Assembly: GCA_051362555.1 (NCBI GenBank)
Contig: CM120642.1
Span: 29,512,001-29,576,000, forward strand
Reading direction: 5' to 3'
Length of the DNA stretch: 64,000 nt
From: Lingula anatina
Taxonomy: Eukaryota; Animalia; Brachiopoda
Shown in pieces: positions 1-11,200 of this stretch. Below the pieces are notes generated by a model. The model saw only the letters and a program-made list of their open reading frames with translations. It did not search any database and was not told the DNA's origin. Every line of letters starts with the position of its first letter. Positions within the stretch are counted from its first letter, which is position 1. Both the position numbers and the translations under genes were made by a program.

Positions 1-261
1 CCTTCTTCACCAGTATCACTATGATAACTAATTTTGTAAATAACAGCCACAGGTCATGTTTATTTTATACCTTATGATTTGTACTTTTGCCTTTAAACCC
101 TGCTATAAATAAACTTCACTATTTCATTACATGTACATTAAAATACTCAAGGTTTTTTGCATTTTCTTTTTTTTTTTTTTAATTTTGAATTTTGGTCAAC
201 TCAATACATATTAAGAGGAATATCAGAGAATTAAAATTTTTTATCCTTATTGAAAACTTAC

Positions 262-1499
262 CTCATTTTTCTTAATATACTCTTGCGCCTTTTTCCGGAT
301 CTCAATCTCTGCTTCTTGTATAAGATTATCCATTGTCAGGTATGCAGCACGAATCCTGTTACACACCATTTTTGCAATGGTCCTCTTGCCGGCAGCTGGT
401 GGTCCCATGATGACCACTTGAGGAGCTGATCAATGAAATTACAGATATACATGATATATATTAGAATTTCATACTTTTTTTATGAAATCATTGTTGAAAT
501 CTGGAAAAATTTAATCATTTTATTCATCAAATTGTAAATTCATATTGAAAATTGTTGAAATTCCTGTATAATGTTCTTTCCACAATCCACATATTTTGAT
601 TTCAAAAAGTATACATGGTTTACTGGTATAGGTGTCTGTTATGTATTATACATCAATTTTGTATTTTTAATCTTTTTCAAATGGAATGAAGGGTTTAGCA
701 AATAAGAGATCAAGCATGCTAAGCATGCTTGAACAGAAGGTGGTATATTTTATGGCTAAGACATATTGAATTATTTTAATAATTAATTAAAATTAATATA
801 ATAATAATAATATTTTTTCTTGAAATAGGATGTGGAAAGATTTGTTTGAAGTTTTGTTTGTAGACAATGTACATCATTTTTAGCATAGCATGAAAATTCA
901 TTGCAAAATTGGGTGGCTTTAGCCTTTACAGTATCGTGCAGCTCTAGGTGAGAGTAAGAAAAAAAAAAAGACATTTGAGCCCTCTCCAACAGGTGCAACG
1001 AAAAAACTCAGTTTCTCCATGATGTGGATATTCACAGCCTCAAGAGTACGTAACACAAGGTGTTATGAGACTGTTCTTGTGGTACATGTTAGTACCGAGC
1101 ATGAAACCAGTAAGGTAGAAATTTGTGACAAGCAAGCTAAATACTACTACACACTTACCATCATCACTGTCTCTTTTCAGAAGCTCTATCAAAAATGTCA
1201 GAGGGTCATCTGGTTTGTTTATCAAAAGCTGCTCTAAAAGTTTCTGAAAAGAAAATGGTATAATCTTGAAGTTCAAGTCGATCAAGTTAAAGGTATCATA
1301 TCACATGAAATATGCGTCAGACATTCACGCTTGATAAAATGGCTACACTATGAGCAATGTATATTTGTAAGGCCCCCGCTTGTGTGAATAGGCGATGATT
1401 CAGCTAAAAACCTACCGTATACATTTCAAATATGCCATGTTTCTCTGCGTAAGTTGCAAATTCTGGAGGAATAAGCAAAGGCCGTTTAGTGGCATCCAT
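262..1499 (-). CDS. AK8: Adenylate kinase 8, first three coding exons; gene runs off the window start
   Basis: GT-AG exons 1499-1416, 1243-1159 and 425-262 join in phase to give MDATKRPLLIPPEFATYAEKHGIFEMYT-KLLEQLLINKPDDPLTFLIELLKRDSDD-APQVVIMGPPAAGKRTIAKMVC. This is an RIIa/Dpy-30-like docking domain followed by an adenylate kinase P-loop, as in AK8. Confidence 0.92.
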
Positions 1500-1790
1500 C
1501 TTGAAACTTAGTTTGTTGTCATGACGGCGTGAAGGGGTAATCCCATTTGATTGGTCAGGCTCAACTACCACAATCTTAACCAGCACAATGACCTTAATTT
1601 CACCTTGACCTATTTATTTTACTGCTTTATGAGCAGAAACAGGACTAAACCGGTTGAAAGATATATATTTATAATGCTTCTAGTCACCTAATTGAGCACG
1701 AGCAACCAAGATGGTGTAGACAGTAGCTTCAGGGCAACTAGGGCATGTTGCCTGTGTAATTAACTTCATCGGCAAGATGATTATTATGAG
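1500..1790. promoter_or_regulatory. Probable bidirectional promoter AK8/Roquin with RFX X-box-like motif
   Basis: The AK8 ATG is at 1499 (-) and a strong + strand donor GAG|GTAAGA lies at 1790. GTTGTCATGACGGC (1515-1528) resembles the X-box GTTGCCATGGCAAC; ATTGG (CCAAT) at about 1550. Confidence 0.5.
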
Positions 1791-3140
1791 GTAAGACAAC
1801 ATTAACGCGGTATCTGGGGACAAATAATTATTAGGACGGTTTGGAATGGAAGTCCTAGTAATGGATGTCCGGGCTCCCCTGTGATTAGTACAGGTTAGGG
1901 TTAGTTGGAGTATTGGGATTACTATATGGGACGAATGTCACCTGTACAAAGTAGTGGGGAGCGGTTTACGGTTCCTAGCGGACTTCCATTCCTTTTACAC
2001 CGGTTTGCATGAACCAAATAATTGCAATGATTATCAATTAGTAGTTGCTTTTCCTTGAAACATAAAAAATGGCAACCAGGTTAGATACTGTGTTCTCATA
2101 ACTGAAATCTTAAACGATTTAAGAGCAAAAAGGGAAAATATTAATGCCATTGCATGTTGTTTACCGTAGTATGTATACTGGGTACTAAGTACTGTAGTAG
2201 TGGTTTAACATGAAATTATTAAATGTCAGGGGCTTTAGGCAGATAGCTACATATCTGAGTACGAATAATCCGTTTGAATTTTTAATTACCCCATTTTGAT
2301 GAAAAGATGTTAATATTGTAGTCAGAGAACAATTTCAGTATTTAGCTGTCGATAAAAGAAAAAATCACTTCATTCTTAATGTTGTAGTGTTTTTTTTAAG
2401 ACCTCATATTCAAAATTAAAACAAAAGTTGCTCAACTTCATTTTCAACCTTCAAATATTCTCACAGTCATGTTTGAAAGTTGTCACAAATGTGTAGGAGC
2501 TGGGCATTAACATACTAGTACAATTCAAGTTTTGGTTCTAGGTTATTCCCAAGCAGAGAAACATGCACTTCTAATGGGCTAAGTGAAGGAATAATGCATC
2601 CTAGTAAAAGATATAGGGGCACATTAATGAAACAAAAGTTAGCTAGTGACTTAACAGTGTGTTTGGGACTTTCAGATGTTTTTTTTTTTCCTATAACCTC
2701 AGTTATGTTGCACACTGCTGAAAAGCTAACCAGTTTTGTCATCCACAACACTTATTAAGATTCATCTACAAGTGATGCGACTATGAAATTATACACATGT
2801 CAAAGACAGATTCAGTTATAAAAATGACTTAATTTTTAAAAAGATTTATTCTTACAAACATCTGGTCTTAATATCCCCTCTCTGTATACAACAATTGGAT
2901 ATTAAAAACGATGGTTAATATCCTCTCTCTGTACCAAAATAAGATGAGTTCTCTTGTGTTATGAAATATCAGATGTGAGAAGCAATCTTGGCTTAGTGAT
3001 TCTGCAGCGTTGGGTGTCTCATATCTAAATTTCCTTTCCTCTCACTTCCTCTCCAAGTCTTGCACTGCTGAAAAGCCAATCAGTTTTGCAGTTGACAGCG
3101 CTGTAAATAAGGTAAGATTCATCTGTTTTGCCGCTGTGAA

Positions 3141-3312
3141 CAGGGGCGGATCCAGGATATTTTCTGACAGTCTTCCAAATTATCTTTGTTGATCCATCCT
3201 CTATTTTGACCGTCTTCCGACAGAAAACTTTAGATACAGGTACCCGTCAATGTAAACTTGAAAATCTGACCATCTTCCAGAAGACCCAGAAGAAGGTCTA
3301 AATCCGCCCCTG
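3141..3312. mobile_element. MITE (hAT-like, 5-bp TSD)
   Basis: TIRs CAGGGGCGGATCCAG / CTAAATCCGCCCCTG, flanked by the direct repeat GTGAA at 3136-3140 and 3313-3317. Confidence 0.8.
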
Positions 3313-5016
3313 GTGAATTCACTCACCCATGGATACGATTGTGTTGTTTACTGATGATCATTTCATGGTTGTGTGCATTGACTATCTGTCAGTGTCAAGT
3401 GCATTTATTAACTAGTGCATAACAGAAAATGTAAAAAAGAGTGCTTTTGAATGGACTTCGTCTGAATATTTAGCCTCTTACATCCCTAATTGTAAAATTG
3501 ATCTTTTATATACACTGTGAAAAAGAGTTTAAATGGTCAAAATTAGTTGGTAGTTTCCCGCATATGTCAAAATAGGCCTGTCAACGTATTAAATCCAGGG
3601 ATGATATTATTGAAACTGATGTGAACCAAATTTCCGTGGGATATTAAATGAATTCCAATCTTTATTGAAAATTCAGAATGCTTAAGGTTATCATATAAAA
3701 TTTCTTTTTTTGATCATGAACAAATTTCCCTCATCCATCAAAAAAGAAAAAAAAAAAAAAAAGAAAAAAATTAACCTGAAGGCTGTAAAATTTCTAGTGA
3801 AGGTCACACTTGTGTACTAGATTAAAATTCTGCGCCTCCATGGTAACTCTACTTCTTTCCTTCAGCCTAAGTCCTTTTATTTGTGACTGATTACACTCTA
3901 TCAGATTTTAACTACCAGAGAGGGCACTATGGTTTTGATGCAATACTTTTTATAAACAATTATACCATATACTTAGGGTTAGCCCTTACGGAAATGTTCA
4001 AGTCAATAAGGCATACAGTTTTAGTGCTCCAAAATGATTTTTTGCTGTGCAAAAAATTATTCACTTTTAAATTTATATAAATGTCCATTTCACATGTGGT
4101 GACTACATTACATTAAAAAAAGTTATTTTTATTGTTCTTTTGTATAAAATACATTATGCTGTAATTGAGTATATATTTTATTTGTTTGAGTGGCATATCA
4201 ACCTCTGTTTTATGTGAAATTGCATATAAGCAGTCAAGAAGTCTTGTTTGTACAGTAGGAATAATTGATAACAACCAGTGAACAGAAATTGCTTGCAATA
4301 TTATGGAACATTTGAAATTTCTTCAGATAACCTCAGTTGTTAATATCCTGTTTCTCTCCTATGTCAGGAGGATATTAAGTAGAGTTGGGTTCAGAAATAT
4401 CAAATGCCAGAAATTGGAGGTATTAAATAATGAAAGCAAAATATCATGTACTAGTGGCAATTTGATCCTAGACAGGTGATTGACTACGATTTAAATGTCA
4501 TAGTGTTGTTTTGATTTTGGAAGTTTGTGTAAACTTTGTTTTGATCTTCTATCATGATACCAATGTAAAAGAAAAAAGTTTTATCCACATGAAATCATTC
4601 TCAGTGATAATCATTTGAAATTTTCAATTGGAAAGAAAATTGTCTTACCCTAAAAATTTCATAATATTGCATCAAATTGATCCCTGGGCCTCTCTTTACC
4701 CCAGTAATGGGGAAAAAAACACAATGTGAAACGCACAGAGGGGTTAAAATACTCATTGATCTATTAAATTTTCAGTAGACATATTTGTTTCAGTCTCAAT
4801 ACTAGTAACTTCTAAGAATTTAAGTACATGCCTGTATGGGAGGTAGAGTAACTGTTACTTTGATTTTCAGGCTATGACATTTCCAGGATCAAATTGGAAT
4901 AAAATTTTACAGAAGCAAGAAGCGCTTGTTTATTTTAGCTTAATCTAGGTACATTTGAAAGGTAAAGAGGAGACATGTTTCAAGGTGTGCTATTTGCGCA
5001 AGGTGACCTCATCAGC

Positions 5017-5036
<20 letters not shown>

Positions 5037-5075
<39 letters not shown>
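5037..5075. repeat. (TG)n microsatellite after a poly-T run
   Basis: Directly visible. Confidence 0.95.
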
Positions 5076-5077
<2 letters not shown>

Positions 5078-5261
5078 CAAGCAGATTTTCACAGGCACAT
5101 CACCACCTGCCTTGAGCTGTTGTCCTGCTAGTATTATTCGTCTTATTTTTTATGTTTTGTTCTTTCAGGCTGTGAAGCAGAGCCAATAATATCCCAGAGT
5201 CTATATCTACCAAATTGGTAGGAAATTATTAAAATTCTTTTATGTTTGAGCATAATTGAGT

Positions 5262-8200
5262 ATGCCAGTGCAAGCGCCGCAATGGACAGAATTTCTTACC
5301 TGTCCTGTCTGCTTTAATGACTTTAATGGAAGGAATAACATCCCGGTTAGTTTAGGTAAGTTGTCATGTCCAGTGATTATTTTTATAACACAAATACCAT
5401 GTAACAATGAATATGTGCGTATTTTACTGACATTTTGAATTTTTAAAAGTTTCATAAGTTTAAATTAATCAGTTGTCAGCTTTAGCTTAACCCATTTTTA
5501 GCTGAATAAGTAGAAAGTTACTTAAGTACTAGGAAATCTCTTTTAATACATATTATTCCATACTCGAGTTATGAGCTCTTTTCACAAGAATCATCAGCCT
5601 ACCTAGGTCACCCTGAGCTTCAGAGATAACTTGACACTTACCTCTTCACTATAGCCTATCTTCATCGTGTCAAGTTACCTCTGACGAAAATAGTTTGACC
5701 TAGTTTATATAAGCCAATCGAATCCATGTTTCAAAATTTTTCACCAAAGTTTGGTGAAAACGCTGATTGGTTGACCGTCAATCGGCAATCCTCGGCTGAT
5801 TCCGCAAGCTCCATACTAACAACATAGTTATTGTCGAGTGCGGAGACATCCGAGTAGTTCCGAGTGCATAACCGTACACAAAGAAAGCATGGAGTATATC
5901 GGAATTGAAACCAGAGCAGTTTGATGCCCTGCATAATTATCTACTGAGGGATGATGTATTTTGCGTGCTGCCCACAGGTAACGGCAAGTCCCTGATATTC
6001 AGCCTTATCTTTAATTGGTCCGGATTTGAACAAAGCGTGCTTTGACTCGTTCGCGTTCATTGGCTAGATCGTTCAATGAGTCATTGAGTGCGGGCTTTAA
6101 ATTTGATTGGCGGGCGGCGGAGGCAATCGAATGTGGTCAGAGGTAACTTGACACGATGAAGATAGGCTATAGTGAAGAGGTAAGTGTCAAGTTATCTCTG
6201 AAGCTCAGGGTGACCTACTAGTAGGTTTATGCAGGCAGGCAACATAACACCTTGAAAAATGTCAAATTGAATATTCTTTGTACCAGCAAATTTTTTTTCA
6301 AATTTAATCTGAAACTGTATGTGTCAGGTAAGTGTATTAATGTAGAAGTTTGCTTCCCATGAAAGTTCAATCCACTGTGTTGTACAGATCTATGCCATTC
6401 GCTTCAATTAAGTACATAATACGAAACATGGTCTTAGAGTGCATTGGAACAGATGATCTGCAGACCTCCTGATCTGCTGGCTAAATATGGCCAATCCCAC
6501 AAAAAAGCGATGCTGCTAATTCCCTGATAGTCTCCGTGCCTCCACACATGCCATTTAACATTAAATTTTGACTCTGAGGTTATTAAATTACTAGGCACCT
6601 GCAGCATAGCACGTGTGGAGGCGGGTAGACAATCAGTTAATTAGGCTACACTTTTAAGTAAGTCAGCCATGTTTAGTCCTTGGATCTGTTAGTCTGCAGA
6701 TCAGTTTGTTCTGAACACTGTCTTATACATTTCAGGATGTGGCCACACTATCTGTAGAACATGCCTGAAGCAGCTGCATCAGAATAAGTGCCCCTTTGAG
6801 CAGTCCCTGGTCAGTCAACCGGCGGACCGTCTGCCCAGCAACACTGCCCTGCTCAAACTGCTGGGGGTCAAATTGGATGAGAATGAAGATGGGGTACTGA
6901 GCAGACTTGGGCCCAACGTGTCCCATTTCAAGACCTCCAGGAGGTGTATAGAGTACATGGCCGGGTATCTTCACCATGTGACTGGGACACAGAATAATAA
7001 GGCTGGAAGTAAGGGGGATGCTGATGACCTTTTTTACATTTTTTTTTTCACGTAGCTTCCTGTGCAGCATCGGTTTTCTTTAGATTAACAACACATTAAC
7101 TAGCTGTTACTTTAAAGAGTCACTGAAATGGAGCAGTAATCTTGTAAAAATGTGATCATATTTTAAGGCCTTGATATTATTTTACTTCAGACAACACCTC
7201 TCTACCAGCACCCCTGGGAACTCTGAGCAGACCCATGCAGAGAAAACTGGTCATCCTCGTCAACTGCCAGCTGGTAGAGGAAGAAGGACGTGCACGTGCA
7301 TTACGCGCTGCACGTTCTCTGGGTGACCGTACCGTGACGGAGCTCATTCTGCTGCACCAGAATCCCCAGCAGTTGTCAGCCAATCTATGGGCTGCTGTAC
7401 GCGCCAGAGGCTGCCAGTTTCTTGGACCTGGTAAGTTTACGCATTTAAACAAAATTATTTCTTATAATGAAGAATGAAAGTTATTGTTGATGATGTGTTG
7501 AAAATTATTTCAGGTGTATTACATGCATTTTAAAATGTTTCAAATTTGTATTTTTATGTCTAAATGTTATCTTACATTTTACCATTGTTGTTTATATATA
7601 TTCCAATTCCGACTTTATAAAGGATAAAAGACACATCTGCAGCATAATGAAGTATCTTTAAGCAGTATAGTTTTATTAAGAGACAACTCGTGTAATTATT
7701 CTAAAATTTTACTAAATATTTGTGCTTTCAATAACTAACCAGTTGAATTTACAACAAAGTTGAACATTCCAGTGAAAATAAATTAAATTTACATGTTTAA
7801 GGAATTTTTTTTTCTTTATCAGCCATGCAGGAAGAAGTTCTGAAGCTCATCCTCCTGGCTTTAGAGAATGGCTCTGCCCTCTCCAGAAAGGTGCTGGTAC
7901 TGTTTGTTGTTCAGAGACTGGAGACTCAGTTTCCTCAAGCCTCCAAGACGGCCATTGGCCATGTGGTTCAGCTGTTATACAGGGCCTCTTGCTTCAAGGT
8001 AAGTTGATAACACTTACTTCTTTTAGTTATGATGTTTCTTAAGGGATCTCAACGCCCATGGGAACTCTCTCAAACTGGAAAAATTCTAACCCAATCACTT
8101 GGCTGTAGATTACATGGGGTGCTATCAAAGGGATTTCCTGTTTTTTTCTTTCTTTCTTTCTTCTTTCTTTCTGTTTATGTTTCGATTTAGTGTATTGTGT

Positions 8201-11200
8201 TAAACTATATTGCTTCTGATGATATCAGTAAGATTATTTAGGATTTTAGTGAGTGCAGTTTTGAATGATGTAAGTCCCCATATATGTTGTGATATGGTCT
8301 GAAGTTTAATGCACTTGCCAACACTGGCCCATTGTAAATGGTTGCAAAATTTCTGATTTTCTTCACTCATTTTCAGGTCACAAAAAGGGATGATGAGTCC
8401 TCACTTATGCAGCTGAAGGAAGAGTTTCGCACTTACGATGCCTTGCGTCGCGAGCACGACTCCCAGATTGTCCAGATAGCCACCGAGGCTGGACTGCGTA
8501 TCGCTCCAGAGCAGTGGTCGTCTTTGTTGTATGGGGATGCTGGACACAAGTCACACATGCAATCTATTATTGACAAGGTAGAGATTATCTTCAGTTCTTC
8601 TCCCTTGACAGTGTATGTACATGTGGCAGCATAGAAATTACTTTGGCATAATATTTGTAGTAGGCAAACAATTGAATTTGATATTTGTCAAAATTTTTGG
8701 ATGATCTGTAAAGTGTGTCAAAGGTCTTTTAATAGAAATAATTAGCCTGACAAGAGAGTGTACATTTAGACTACAACTTCAAACTAGTTATTTGCCACAA
8801 GATTTTAGAAATTCTTCAATACCTGCAACCTGTAAATATATATATATATTGACTACAGCTCCAAACTGTAGTTATTGTCCACAAGTTTCTAGAATGTCAT
8901 GAATACCTGTATATATATATTTATGCCTATTACAGCTCCAGACCCCCCAGTCATTTGCCCAGAGTGTGAATGAGTTGGTGATAGCTCTGCAGAGGACAGG
9001 GGATCCAGCCAACCTTGCCAAACTCAGGCCACAACTGGACCTGATGACCAGTATTGACCCCAGTCCAGGTAAATAGTAAATATACAGTCAATGATTTGGT
9101 TCTGTCTAGGTTAAGTGGTTTGATACTTCAGTTCAAGTCTAAGGATTTACTTTCAGAGATGAAAGGATAACTGTGTACTAGCCCTAATGTAAATCATCAA
9201 TTGTCATGTCCTGATAGGGATAGTCTCTTAAATCAAAAATCTTTGATTTACTAAGGGCATCACTACTATGATTTTAGTGTACACATGCCCCTCCTCTTTG
9301 ACAGTCTGTCATCATAGACCCCTCCCCTTTTTCATTGTAAACGCCCCTACCCCATTCTGGGAGTTTTCCACTTTGACCGTCTGTCATCAGAGACCCCTCC
9401 CATTTGCATTGCAAATACCTCTCCCCCATCCTTGGAGAAAATCCTCCTCTTTGACAGTCATCAGAGACCCCTCCCGTTTTTAATTGCAGATGCCCCTCCC
9501 CCATCCTTGGAGAGAATCCTCTTCTTTGACAGTCTGTCATCAGAGACCCCTCCCATTTTCATTGCAGATGCCCCTCCCCCATCCTGGGAGAACCTGGAAG
9601 CTGTGTTGAAGGCAGTGAAGACAGTAGTCGATGGCCTGGTGGAGTTCACCCGGAACCACAGCCACAAGAAATACGAGGCTGGTACAGTCCACAACCTGAA
9701 GTACAAGACCAGCATGTGCCGGGACCTGGTACAGATGGGCTCTTGCCCCAGAGGAGCTACCTGTACTTTTGCTCACTCAGAGGAAGAGATGGAAAGGTCA
9801 TTGAAAGTCATTCTTACTTATAACAGAATATTTGTACCACCAGCGTTAGCGCTGGCGGTACACATGGTTTCGGTCCCGTCCGGATCGTTCCGCCGGCTCC
9901 GCCGGCTCCGTTGGCTCCGCCGGACGGCTACCGTTACCGCTTCTCCTCCTAGACGGTAAGGGCCCCCGTACCCATCTCATGGATTTAGGTCACCTATAAT
10001 CTCAACTCGTTCCACGTAAAATTTGGGCTTTGTCGGTATTGGGGTCTGGGTGTGGCACTCATTGCAATGCACCCTTGTCTAAAAATGGCAAAATTAAATG
10101 CTAATTATCTACCCTACGGAAGGAGTTATGGGAAAAATTTCTATAGACAGCTTTCCAAAAGTCATATGTGTAGATTTCAAATATACCCTTGGATTTGACC
10201 TTTGACCTTTACTTCAAGGTCAAATGGGCCAAAATTTTCAAAAAAATGAAATTTTTTACGAAAAAATTTTTTTTTGCCCTGTTATTCAGACACCACACAG
10301 ATTTAACCAATAATATTATTGGAAAGTGTTACCCATCAGGTCATCTTTCATCTCCATGAATTTGGGGTCAATCGGTGCATTTTCATGGGAGTAGCGGCCA
10401 TAAGATACCGAAACTGAAAACTGTCTTTAATTCGGGAACCGTTAATGCTAGAGACCCATTCTTTTTTGCATTTTGTAGAGCATGTAAAGCCCAACACTGG
10501 AGGTGGTCTCGGTTTTTTTGTATTCCATACGGTTTTCGAGTTATGCTGTATCAAAAAGTACATATTGGTGGTAAAAGCAAAATGTGCAGTACGGTAATGG
10601 ATAATAAATTTTGAACTCTGGAAAAATAAAACATAAGGCTTGGCAAAGCAGACAACTTGTGTTCAAAAATGACATTATTTCATCAAATTTGAACTTCTGA
10701 AACTTCAGAGCACCTCCTATTTCAAGAATTTTGACCAAAATGCCATTTTCTTTATTTTAATTAATTTTTTCTGTACGAAATTTAAGGCACATTATGGTAA
10801 CTCCAAAATTATAACATTTAGTCCCTTATATCTCCAAAACTGGCAGAGATAGGTCCATAGTTACTATTGAAGTTGAATAGGAAGTCATATACTGGCAATC
10901 TTACTATGACCTTGAAAGTGACCTTTGACCTACTTTTCACCATGAACTGAACTTTGCAAATTTTTCTTCCCTTTTATCTCCAAAACTGGCAGAGATAGGT
11001 CCATAGTTACTATTGAACTTGAATAGGAAGTCATATACTGGCAATCTAAATGTGACCTTAAAATTGACCTTTGACCTACTTTTCACCATAAACTGAACTT
11101 TGCAAAATTTGCTTCCCTTTTATCTCCAAAACTGGCAGAGATAGGTCCATAGTTACTATTGAACTTGAATAGGAAGTCATATACTGGCAATCTAAATGTG

